A stretch of 25,563 nucleotides of DNA from a virus (Duplodnaviria; Caudoviricetes): IMG/VR virus record IMGVR_UViG_3300047403_000115, positions 1-25,563 of that record. One strand, given 5' to 3'. Shown here one piece after another: positions 16,542-24,242 of the stretch (its first letter is position 1; every line of letters begins with the position of its first letter). The notes below the pieces were generated by a model. That model ran no database searches and was not told where the DNA came from. It saw nothing but the letters and a program-made list of their open reading frames with translations. A program made the position numbers and the translations under genes.

Positions 16542-18721
16542 TAGTGGACTCCTACGGCGCGGCCAGACGAATCTCGGATGACCTTCTTGGGCCGGCGCAT
16601 TTCACTGGTCAGTGTGTGGATCGCTTCCCTGCTGTTCGCGGACGCCTCCGACATTGCTTCTGCCACTTGCGCCATCGTTTTGATCAAAGGCTCGAGCGCT
16701 TTCCCGAGGGATTCGTTCTGCTTCATCTGACGTTCGGCATGGTTGTGTTCTTGTTCCGCCTTGTTCTGCTCAATCGCCGCGTTATGGGACGCCTCGATGT
16801 CTTTGATGGCGAGTTCCGCCAGCATCTTCTGGCGATCCATCTCGATCTGCGCTTTCATCTGCATATCGGCCAACGCCATGTCGTGCATGGACTTCTGCTG
16901 ATCCATCTTCATCTGCATGGCGTGTTCCTGAAGCCGCATCTGCTGGTTGGCCTCATTCTCCTGCTGCTTGATCATGGCCTGTTGCTTCAGGAGTTCGATC
17001 TTCGGGTCAGGGGGCGGCGGTTGATTTGCGGCCGCCATCAGTTTTTCCCCGATCTTCGCGGACACCGCCTGCGGGAGCGGAGAATATTTGAGAATATCCG
17101 CCCAGATGTCCACGGGGACGGGCTGACGGGAGAGGAACGGCATCATCTGGTTAACAGTGGCCCAGACAATCTCCTTCTGGTTCGGGGACGTGGGGGCATC
17201 GTCAACCACAACGTCATACTTCAACGCGGAGCGGTCTTTGACCAGAGGGGCGTATTGCGGCCCGTTGTCGGAGTCAATCCGCACAAGTCGCCCCTCGGGG
17301 ATATACTTGTAGATCATCTCCATGGTGATCCGGCCGGAAATCTTGCGGTATCTCCGTAGGGCATCGAAAATGGGGGCGAGAATCGTAATGCCGGCTTGTT
17401 TGCGCTGGTATTCAAGAACGCCCGCCTGTTGTCTGTCCGCAAGGCCAAGCATCTCGACATTGACGCCCGTACCATCCCTGATAGACGTGATCGCAAACTG
17501 AAGTAGGTTGTCCATGCCTTGAGGGTACACGACGGCGGGCTTGTCCTTGATCTGCCCTCTAGCAATGGCCCCATCCTCGACGTAAGTCACACCAGACGGG
17601 TCGGACCAGGTGTCCTCGAAGTCCCTCATGTTGGCGACCGCCGTCTTTTCGACGACCACGCCGCCCTTGGCGTTGGAATTGATGATATGAAGAATCTGGG
17701 AGAATAGTTTGTTCGCCCACGATTGCGGGTCTTTCATCCCCCTTACGAGGCCGTACCATGAATTATTATTCCGATCCCGCTTCCCCGTGATGCAGTTGAG
17801 GGAGAACTCACTGTCAGACCGACCCTGAGAATATTCCAGCACTTTGTTTCCCAAAAACGCTCTTTTGTAGATTTTTTTGGTGTTAGTGACCGATGTAAAG
17901 GGAATATTCAGGGAATATAGGCGTTCAGAAAGGACTTGGAACTTTTCCTCCGATACCTCCGTCGTCTGCTCCCCGATAGTGACGGTGACAACCCTTTCGC
18001 GGTCCCACCATTCGATATAGGCCAAAGTAACCCGATCCCTAGTGTAGTCGGGGGATTTGCCTTCCTGATATGCTTTAGGCCCTACCTTCTGTTGGACTGT
18101 GGCGGGCATGTTGTATTCCGCCCAGCCAGCATGGAGATCCCCGGGGTCCGCGTCTGGGAACAGAGCTTGCGCGTCCTCGATGTCCATTTCTCTGGTGTAA
18201 CCGCAGTAACGGCGGTCCACGAGGTTCTTCTTCTTGGCCGCCGTGTCCCAGAAGCAGGAGAGGGGGTCCAATCTTTCGACCGCGATGCACCCTTCAGGGT
18301 CATATTCGTACTCGGGGCGAGTCTCAACCCACCCCATGCCGCAGATGACGGTATCCAGAAAGGCGTCTGATTCCTCGTCCTCCGCGTCGGCCTCCTGGCG
18401 GAAGAACTTGGCGGCGGAATTGAGAAGTTCCGACAGACCCGAATCCTCCACCCCACGGGGGTAGTAGTGGATGTCTTGTCTGTTTCCTACCTCCATGCCC
18501 GCGACGGAATCAATGATGGGGCCAATTCTATTGAAAGTGATAACGGGGCGAAGTTGCTCTTTCAAAGACCGAACATCATCCTCCGACCACTGATCGCCGG
18601 AGACGAAGGCGTAATCTTCCTCCGCTTCGGTGCGCCAATCGGAAAGCTTTTGATTCGATTGGACGATCCAATCCTTGAGCTTGTAAAACAGCCCATCGTC
18701 CTCGGTCAGTGAATCGCTCAT
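16541..18721 (-). CDS. Portal protein, P22-like
   Basis: WR.EA.EDY.F..GDQW, RP.ITFNRI, YGLVR.MKDPQ...NK, and a long Gln/Met-rich C-terminal coiled coil (barrel); follows terL. Confidence 0.92.
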   Translation of the reverse strand: MSDSLTEDDGLFYKLKDWIVQSNQKLSDWRTEAEEDYAFVSGDQWSEDDVRSLKEQLRPVITFNRIGPIIDSVAGMEVGNRQDIHYYPRGVEDSGLSELLNSAAKFFRQEADAEDEESDAFLDTVICGMGWVETRPEYEYDPEGCIAVERLDPLSCFWDTAAKKKNLVDRRYCGYTREMDIEDAQALFPDADPGDLHAGWAEYNMPATVQQKVGPKAYQEGKSPDYTRDRVTLAYIEWWDRERVVTVTIGEQTTEVSEEKFQVLSERLYSLNIPFTSVTNTKKIYKRAFLGNKVLEYSQGRSDSEFSLNCITGKRDRNNNSWYGLVRGMKDPQSWANKLFSQILHIINSNAKGGVVVEKTAVANMRDFEDTWSDPSGVTYVEDGAIARGQIKDKPAVVYPQGMDNLLQFAITSIRDGTGVNVEMLGLADRQQAGVLEYQRKQAGITILAPIFDALRRYRKISGRITMEMIYKYIPEGRLVRIDSDNGPQYAPLVKDRSALKYDVVVDDAPTSPNQKEIVWATVNQMMPFLSRQPVPVDIWADILKYSPLPQAVSAKIGEKLMAAANQPPPPDPKIELLKQQAMIKQQENEANQQMRLQEHAMQMKMDQQKSMHDMALADMQMKAQIEMDRQKMLAELAIKDIEASHNAAIEQNKAEQEHNHAERQMKQNESLGKALEPLIKTMAQVAEAMSEASANSREAIHTLTSEMRRPKKVIRDSSGRAVGVH

Positions 18722-18972
18722 GCGTCTAGTCCGAATCTGCGGATCTCAAGGATCGTGTTTCTGTCCGCTTTAATGGCGATACCCTTGAGACGGGCCGGAA
18801 AATCCAGTACGAGGATTTCATCTTCCATCATAGCCACTTTGGTTGTTCGCTCGTCGAACACCGTATCGTCGATGGAATCCAGAAAGACCCTCAAGACGCC
18901 ATCCACGTCAGAAGCCTGTTCTTCGGCCGCAGCCTCTGCCTGTAGCGATCCATCTTCCGGTTTTCTATCCAT
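18718..18972 (-). CDS. Small hypothetical protein between terL and portal (true start probably near 18894-18909)
   Basis: ORF fills the terL-portal gap and overlaps the portal start (ATGA). The upstream portion overlapping terL is probably not translated. Confidence 0.55.
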   Translation of the reverse strand: MDRKPEDGSLQAEAAAEEQASDVDGVLRVFLDSIDDTVFDERTTKVAMMEDEILVLDFPARLKGIAIKADRNTILEIRRFGLDA

Positions 18973-20291
18973 TTATCCCGTCCGTTGGCAAAGGTAAGAC
19001 AAAAGGCATCAGCTAGATCGGGGCTTTGAAGTCCTCGTGCCTTGAGATCATCCTTTGATTCTACCTTTATTTTCCCGCTTGACAATACCTCATAGTGAAC
19101 GCTTGTCAATTCCGCGATCAACTTGCGGTCGTCTGGGATATTACAATCCAATGCTTCCAGCCAGCTGCGCGCCTTCCACCAGAGTTCGTCCCTTAATCTC
19201 ATGTATTGTTCGTCGTTCGCGGCGGATTCGGCCACGTTTATCCCTCTGACGGGGAGTTCAAGCTCCCTCAACCGGTCAACCACGCCGGCCCCAATGCCGA
19301 TAACATCCACGAGGATGTCCGATGGTTTGTCATGATCGGCCTCGTATTCCCTGACGATCAGCCCGACGGTCTGCATGAGGGATTTCGCCCGCCAGAACTT
19401 GACGGGCTCGAGAAGGATGTTGCCTTTCCGCTTCGCGAGAGCTGTCGCGTCGGAGCCGTATCTCGCCACGTCGATACCCCAAACGGGCCTTACAGAGCGG
19501 ATTTCGACTTTCCGGCCCATGGCTTTTTCGAGGAGATCCAAGGAGATGACCGAATCATCGTCCACTTTGGGAAACTCTCCCAGGACGCGGACGCGGTAGG
19601 CGTTCGAGTCCCGGCCATATTGGGAGATGATGTCCTCGATATGCCCTCTCGCCTGGGGGACTTCCTCCGAGGAAATGGTCATGGTGAACCATCTATCCCT
19701 TTGAGACGTAAAGGCTCGGAAGAAGAAACCATTGGGCCTGGTAGGATTCCCCACCATCACAATCTTGGCACCGGGGGTACTCAGGGCACCCTGGGCCACT
19801 TCAAATACGATGTCGTCGATACCGGAGGCTTCCTCGACGATGAAGAGAAGATGGGGGCTATGAAACCCCTGCATGGCCTCAGGACGCTCTTTCGATGCCG
19901 TTCTCGCCGCACAGAAAGAACCCCCAGGATCGCTTTTGAGGGCGATTCGTTCCGTCGTCAGGTCAATTTCGTTGCGGATGAATTCAGGTAAGCGTTTGAT
20001 CCAGACCGATAATTCCGCCCAATTGACGTCCCGAAGCTGATCCTGGGAGTTGGCCGTGAAGGGGATTTTACAGGGATAATGTGTGGTGAGGTACCATAGT
20101 ACCACCCAGGAGAGGAAGGCGGTTTTGCCGATGCCGTGGCCGGATTTAATGGCAACACGGTCATGTTTTCCGACGGCTTCTAGGGCCGCTTTTTGCCAGG
20201 GGAACGGTTCGACTTTGAGAATCCGCTCCACAAACATGAGGGGGGATTCTCGGACATCGGCCCAGATTTTAGCGAAGCGGGGGTCGATCAC
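18891..20291 (-). CDS. terL: Terminase large subunit
   Basis: Q motif (PFPWQ), Walker A SGHGIGKT, Walker B FIVEEASG, GNP motif, nuclease motifs GIDVARYGSD and SPDLADA. Confidence 0.95.
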   Translation of the reverse strand: MIDPRFAKIWADVRESPLMFVERILKVEPFPWQKAALEAVGKHDRVAIKSGHGIGKTAFLSWVVLWYLTTHYPCKIPFTANSQDQLRDVNWAELSVWIKRLPEFIRNEIDLTTERIALKSDPGGSFCAARTASKERPEAMQGFHSPHLLFIVEEASGIDDIVFEVAQGALSTPGAKIVMVGNPTRPNGFFFRAFTSQRDRWFTMTISSEEVPQARGHIEDIISQYGRDSNAYRVRVLGEFPKVDDDSVISLDLLEKAMGRKVEIRSVRPVWGIDVARYGSDATALAKRKGNILLEPVKFWRAKSLMQTVGLIVREYEADHDKPSDILVDVIGIGAGVVDRLRELELPVRGINVAESAANDEQYMRLRDELWWKARSWLEALDCNIPDDRKLIAELTSVHYEVLSSGKIKVESKDDLKARGLQSPDLADAFCLTFANGRDKWIENRKMDRYRQRLRPKNRLLTWMAS

Positions 20292-20455
20292 TTTTTGCCG
20301 TGGTAGTTCTTCTGGCCGGGGGCCGCGTGGGCTTTTCTGGCTAGATTCCCGATAACCCCGCCAGGGACACCGGCCGCCTTCAACTGGGCGGCCCGACCGC
20401 CGTAACCTAGTTTGTTGGATTTGCCTTTATACGAACCCGTTTTCTTAACCTTCAT
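20288..20455 (-). CDS. Small Lys/Gly-rich basic protein (55 aa)
   Basis: MKVKKTGSYKGKSNKLGYGGRAAQLKAAGVPGGVIGNLARKAHAAPGQKNYHGKK; starts 2 nt after the upstream stop and overlaps the terL start (GTGA). Confidence 0.7.
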   Translation of the reverse strand: MKVKKTGSYKGKSNKLGYGGRAAQLKAAGVPGGVIGNLARKAHAAPGQKNYHGKK

Positions 20456-20457
20456 GT

Positions 20458-20943
20458 TTACACCGAGAGGTAAATCGTTAACCCGAGTAACGCACCGAAG
20501 ATGGCCTCCCCTACTTCCGGCCCCCGTTTGAGGAACCGTATATCCGAAGGAGTCCGCCATCCCACTTCGTAACACACAGGGGCTAGTGTGGAAAGTAGGA
20601 GCGGCCACCAAGAGCCGAAGAAATATGCAATTGGGAATACGAGGGCGACAAATACAAAGCCACGAACGGCCATCCTCGCGAAATCAGTCCAGTAAGGGGC
20701 TATGCCCCAGACGCGAAGCGTCTCATTCCTTCCTAGATCGATGGACCCCCACCAGGCGGGAATAGAGCCCAGCCAGAGCGCGGGGAACAAAAGGGGCATA
20801 AACCATGCGGGATGGGCGATAAACGCACCAGCGGTCAGCAGAGCGGCATAGACGACACGGGCTATCTGGGTACCACCTAGAGGGATCGCTCCGCCCCTTA
20901 GCCTGAAAGACACCGCCCCCAGGAAGATCAGCAAGAATACCAT
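20458..20943 (-). CDS. Multi-pass membrane protein
   Basis: 161 aa with several hydrophobic segments; FRLRGG near the N-terminus and GEAIFG near the C-terminus. Confidence 0.75.
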   Translation of the reverse strand: MVFLLIFLGAVSFRLRGGAIPLGGTQIARVVYAALLTAGAFIAHPAWFMPLLFPALWLGSIPAWWGSIDLGRNETLRVWGIAPYWTDFARMAVRGFVFVALVFPIAYFFGSWWPLLLSTLAPVCYEVGWRTPSDIRFLKRGPEVGEAIFGALLGLTIYLSV

Positions 20944-21133
20944 AATACCGCAATTCCCTTTTTCAGAATTATAATTTTTTTCAGCACGTTAGACTGGTTC
21001 GCCCCCATTACGGACTGGTTCGCGGTGGGAACGGACCAGTCACTAAAGTCATAGGTCGCCCCATCTTGGATAAGCGGGAGGGGACTCCTAATACCGACCC
21101 CCACCCCCCCTCAATGGGAAGGGGTCGCCCTTT

Positions 21134-21180
21134 GTTCTCGATTCGTTCCGCCCTGTTCTTGGTTTGTTCCCTATTCGTTC
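21134..21180. promoter_or_regulatory. Cluster of GTTC-N7-GTTC direct repeats matching the alphaproteobacterial LexA box
   Basis: GTTC at 21134, 21145, 21155, 21166 and 21177. Pairs 21134/21145, 21155/21166 and 21166/21177 have exact N7 spacing. Confidence 0.6.
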
Positions 21181-21743
21181 TCTGGCTCCAGGTCTATGGT
21201 CTGGGCGCGGGCCTGGAGCTTGGCGGCTTCGGTCAGGAGCTCGTAAAACTGGCTTACTCCCTCGAGCTTAACCCGCGCATCCAGCCGCTCACCATACCTA
21301 CCGGGCCTGAGCTTGGATGCTGTCCACCTATAGGCGTCGATCACCACCCGCCCGGCGTCAGCCGGCACGTCCCCGGCCAGGACACGCTCAGCTACCTCTA
21401 GTATCCTGTCAGCGTGGGCGTCAGCCTGTTCCACCCGAGCACGATCATAGGCCTCACTGACTGGAGACCGAGTACCGTCCGCTGCGGCTATCTCAACGCC
21501 TAAGTCCTTTGCTTTGAACCATAGGGGCATTGATAGACCGGCTTCCTGCAGGGCTTGGGGTAGCGTATATCCTAGCCTAGTGAGTTCTACTATCCGCGCC
21601 AGTCGTTCCGGTGTGATTTTACCGCCGCGCGACCCTACTCCGGTAGGGACGGCCCATCTACCTAGATTGCCTCCAGCCGGCCTGGCGACGCGTTTACCCG
21701 CCACCGGCCCCGCTTTTTCTTCCGCGTTTTCAATCCGTTCCAT
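21171..21743 (-). CDS. terS: Terminase small subunit (Sf6-like)
   Basis: N-terminal HTH-like region, YDRARVEQADAHADRILEVAE, IDAYRWTASKLRPGRYGERLD; upstream of terL. Start ATG at 21743 or 21749. Confidence 0.85.
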   Translation of the reverse strand: MERIENAEEKAGPVAGKRVARPAGGNLGRWAVPTGVGSRGGKITPERLARIVELTRLGYTLPQALQEAGLSMPLWFKAKDLGVEIAAADGTRSPVSEAYDRARVEQADAHADRILEVAERVLAGDVPADAGRVVIDAYRWTASKLRPGRYGERLDARVKLEGVSQFYELLTEAAKLQARAQTIDLEPENE

Positions 21744-21749
21744 GCCCAT

Positions 21750-21778
21750 AGTATAGCACGCGCGCGCGAATAACACAA
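21750..21778 (-). promoter_or_regulatory. Sigma70-type promoter for terS (extended -10)
   Basis: Minus strand TTGTGT-N17-TATACT with TG-N directly before the -10 hexamer. Confidence 0.6.
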
Positions 21779-21887
21779 TACGATCGGGCGGTCAAATACC
21801 GTTTTTGCATACCTCCCATGCTGATTTGGGTGTTGAGTTTTCCCCGTATCGTTGGAAAGTGGTTCCGCGACAACAGGAGGAATGAAC

Positions 21888-22559
21888 GTGACAATATCGC
21901 CCCAAACCATCATGCCCGCCGCCGACTATGCGTATCTTGCACAATTTACCAGCGATGATCCAACGCGCGTCAATTTGCATTGCATCCATGTCCGTCGCCT
22001 TGACAGCGGAGAAATTCTCGCCGTCGCCAGCGATGGGGTCGTCCTGGGTTCTCTCGCATACTCGGCCGGCGATCCCGACATTCAATTATCCGTCCCTGCG
22101 GCATATCTAGGGGTAACTGGCGTGCAGCGCCAGCTAATGCAGGCCGCGATCAAGGCCGCGCGCAAAGACGATTCATCCATGTTTGTGGCGCAATACCAAG
22201 ATCGTCTGGCAGTCGGGCGCGCGGAACGCGACGACGACGGCAAACTCATCGGCGTTAAAGTCGAATCCGTGGATCCGAATGCAGCCGCGCCAGATTTGGA
22301 GGCGCCGCTAGATGTTCGCCCTCTTTTCAGGTGGGCAGCTAACGCGCGCCCCGCCGATGTGTGCTCTTACAACGCCGCCATACTGGCGCGCTTTTCGCGC
22401 CCCAAAGACAAAAATGGGACTTTTATTACCTTTGCGCCGAGCGCTGAAGCGGCAGCCATCGTGCGCACACCGGACCCGCGCTTTGTCGGCCTGATTATGC
22501 CGGTTCGCGCCTCAATTACGTACGAGGAATTGATGGCGAGCGGCGAGCAGCTAGCCTAG
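21888..22559 (+). CDS. Truncated DNA polymerase III beta-clamp-like protein
   Basis: FTSDDPTRVNLHCIHV...LAVASDG resembles the clamp domain II pattern (S.DETR..L.G....VATDG); the C-terminal FVGLIMPVR resembles the clamp C-terminus. GTG start 7 nt after AGGAGG. Confidence 0.6.
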   Translation: MTISPQTIMPAADYAYLAQFTSDDPTRVNLHCIHVRRLDSGEILAVASDGVVLGSLAYSAGDPDIQLSVPAAYLGVTGVQRQLMQAAIKAARKDDSSMFVAQYQDRLAVGRAERDDDGKLIGVKVESVDPNAAAPDLEAPLDVRPLFRWAANARPADVCSYNAAILARFSRPKDKNGTFITFAPSAEAAAIVRTPDPRFVGLIMPVRASITYEELMASGEQLA

Positions 22560-22620
22560 AGCGGAGCGGGCGCAGATAGCGCCCGTTCTGCCCTGCGCTA
22601 GGCAGGAAAACAGGAGGAAT
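22551..22620 (+). repeat. 70-bp intergenic hairpin repeat, copy 1
   Basis: 68/70 identical to 22877-22946; contains a stop codon, a long stem-loop and an AGGAGG RBS. Confidence 0.95.
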
Positions 22621-22625
22621 TGATC

Positions 22626-22880
22626 ATGACAGAGGATAATACCATTAGAGCGCCGGCGATCTGGGCCAGCTACATCATCAACGGCGACGCCAGCGGCATG
22701 AATGATGTCGAGATTGCCGCTTGTGCCGCCTACCTGGGCCGCGCGCTCCCCGAAGGGGCCGCGATTGTTTCCTGCGCCGATAATAGCCATTTTTCTTGGA
22801 ACTACGATTTGTACGGCGGAACCGCGCAGGGCGGCGATTTGCTCGAATATTTTTACATTGTTCGCCCGCGCAGGGCCTAG
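22626..22880 (+). CDS. Small phage protein with a WASYIINGDASG motif
   Basis: 84 aa, strong RBS, bounded by the two 70-bp repeats. Confidence 0.8.
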   Translation: MTEDNTIRAPAIWASYIINGDASGMNDVEIAACAAYLGRALPEGAAIVSCADNSHFSWNYDLYGGTAQGGDLLEYFYIVRPRRA

Positions 22881-22946
22881 CCTAGAGCGGAGCGGGCGCA
22901 GGTAGCGCCCGTTCTGCCCTGCGCTAGGCAGGACAACAGGAGGAAT
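22877..22946 (+). repeat. 70-bp intergenic hairpin repeat, copy 2
   Basis: Differs from copy 1 only at one hairpin-loop base and one base before the RBS. Confidence 0.95.
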
Positions 22947-22950
22947 GAAC

Positions 22951-23361
22951 ATGAAGTACGATTGCAGGCTTTCGCTCGCTCGGGCCGGATTCTCGGACCG
23001 CGACGCCAATTCCTTGCGGCGCATCGCCATGACGCTACACCGATGGTTTGAGCTGGAGTGCGGCGACAGCAACAGCTATGGGTCATGGGCGATTGTGCGG
23101 CGCGAGGATGATAGGCCCTTCATCGAGCGCCATATCTGGGCGCGCGGGGCGGGAAAAGACGAGGTAACCTATACTCGCATTCCCGACCGAGAGGCGGGCG
23201 CGAGGCGCAGACTTGCCGATATTATGGCCAAATACCCGGCTTTCGAAGCGTACATCCAGACCGACCCGCGCGGCGCGTCGCTCTACATCGTCCCCAAAAC
23301 GACAATAGGCGACGGTGACATAGCGCAGATTTACCCGCGCGGCATTGCTGTTTGCGAATGA
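22951..23361 (+). CDS. Hypothetical phage protein (LHRW.ELECG / [12 protein letters not shown] motifs)
   Basis: 136 aa; AGGAGG RBS 7 nt upstream of ATG 22951. Confidence 0.8.
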   Translation: MKYDCRLSLARAGFSDRDANSLRRIAMTLHRWFELECGDSNSYGSWAIVRREDDRPFIERHIWARGAGKDEVTYTRIPDREAGARRRLADIMAKYPAFEAYIQTDPRGASLYIVPKTTIGDGDIAQIYPRGIAVCE

Positions 23362-23389
23362 GGCTACCCCAAACCCAGGAGGAATGACC

Positions 23390-23884
23390 ATGCATCCCGA
23401 TCAGCTAGACGAGATACTGCGCCTTCATTCTCTGTGGATGCGCGATGAGACTGGCGGACAACGCGCAGATCTGAGCGACGCGATCCTTAACGGCGCTAAC
23501 CTGAGCGACGCGAGCCTGAGCGGCGCGGACCTGCGCCGCGCGAACCTGAGCCACGCGGACCTGTACGGCGCGGACCTGAGCCACGCTTACCTTACCGGAG
23601 CGGACCTGTACGACGCGGACCTACGTCGCGCGAACCTGAGCGGCGTACGCCTTTCCGGCGCGAACCTGCACGGCGTAAAGGGCCTAATTTCTGGCGGCAC
23701 GCCGGACGGATGGACGGCGTTCGGTTGGCTGCGCGATGAGGTCTTGTCCATTCGTGTAGGCTGTCGGGAAAAGCGGCTGGCCGAAGCGCTGGAATATTGG
23801 TCGGGCAAAGAGGATCGGCGGGAAGTTTTGGCAGCCGTTCGCTACATCGCCGAGATTGCCGCAATTCGCGGCTGGCCGGCATGA
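23390..23884 (+). CDS. Pentapeptide repeat protein
   Basis: Tandem A(D/N)Lxx repeats after ILRLHSLW...RADL; C-terminal SIRVGC domain; AGGAGG RBS. Confidence 0.9.
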   Translation: MHPDQLDEILRLHSLWMRDETGGQRADLSDAILNGANLSDASLSGADLRRANLSHADLYGADLSHAYLTGADLYDADLRRANLSGVRLSGANLHGVKGLISGGTPDGWTAFGWLRDEVLSIRVGCREKRLAEALEYWSGKEDRREVLAAVRYIAEIAAIRGWPA

Positions 23885-23911
23885 TTAACATCAAAACATA
23901 GGAGAATTGAT

Positions 23912-24037
23912 ATGTTTCGCCTTGAAATGGCTGTTATTTTGGCGAGTACGCTCGCCCTCGTTGCGTTTTCCGCCGTCGTTCTCTTTTGGCCGGAATGGTC
24001 CCGCGATCTGATTAATTATTTCGGGACGACCCCGTGA
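23912..24037 (+). CDS. 41-aa single-pass membrane microprotein (not in ORF track)
   Basis: AGGAG RBS, then MFRLEMAVILASTLALVAFSAVVLFWPEWSRDLINYFGTTP*. Confidence 0.65.
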   Translation: MFRLEMAVILASTLALVAFSAVVLFWPEWSRDLINYFGTTP

Positions 24038-24120
24038 AACGAAGCGCGGGCCGGCAAAAAGGTTGCCGTAATGACATTGATCGACCGCGATGGGGCCTGG
24101 TATCCGGTAAAACAGAGTTT

Positions 24121-24158
24121 CTAAAGAAGTCGGCCAGCCTTGGGGGGGCCGGCCGACT
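24121..24158 (-). terminator. Intrinsic terminator on the minus strand
   Basis: AGTCGGCCGGCC-CCCCCAA-GGCTGGCCGACT (12 bp with one G-U on the minus strand, which is an A-C mismatch on plus) followed by TCTTT. Confidence 0.7.
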
Positions 24159-24224
24159 AATGGATGCGTTGCAGAGCGGTCTATTGCAGCGGTCTCAAAA
24201 ACCGCCAAACCTGTGACAGGGTTT
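24122..24224 (-). ncRNA. Predicted ~100-nt small RNA antisense to a tRNA-Ser-like sequence
   Basis: Bounded by the promoter at 24230-24258 and the terminator at 24121-24158; the 5' ~60 nt are the reverse complement of the tRNA-like body. Confidence 0.5.
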
Positions 24225-24242
24225 CGTGGATTCTAATCCCAT
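24162..24242 (+). pseudogene. Degenerate tRNA-Ser-like sequence (class II body, loop reads CAA, no 3' acceptor strand)
   Basis: GGATGCG, D arm GCAGAGCGGTCTATTGC, anticodon arm GCGGT-CTCAAAA-ACCGC, long variable arm, T arm GTGGA-TTCTAAT-CCCAT. The following AGTGCTT cannot pair with GGATGCG. Confidence 0.75.

Noticed and set aside
4767-19991. Long plus-strand ORFs such as 4767..5570, 9846..10553, 16544..17359 and 19206..19991
   Set aside because: They are antisense shadows of well-supported minus-strand genes in GC-rich DNA, with no recognisable motifs.
21833-21861. Plus-strand promoter for the early cassette genes (TTGAGT...GAAAGT)
   Set aside because: The -10 match is too poor to support a call, although a promoter probably lies in this gap.
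22551-22946. CRISPR array or integron attC sites
   Set aside because: Only two 70-bp copies with a whole gene between them; no cas or intI gene; no RYYYAAC/GTTRRRY cores.
23891-24216. ORFs 23891..24208 (-) and 24034..24216 (+)
   Set aside because: They overlap the tRNA-like sequence, the terminator and the microprotein gene. AVFETAAIDRSATHP is the typical antisense translation of a tRNA-Ser.
24162-24242. attP/attL site in a tRNA gene
   Set aside because: No integrase in the window, phage-like genes continue on both sides, and att cores usually retain the tRNA 3' end, which is the part missing here. Not fully excluded.
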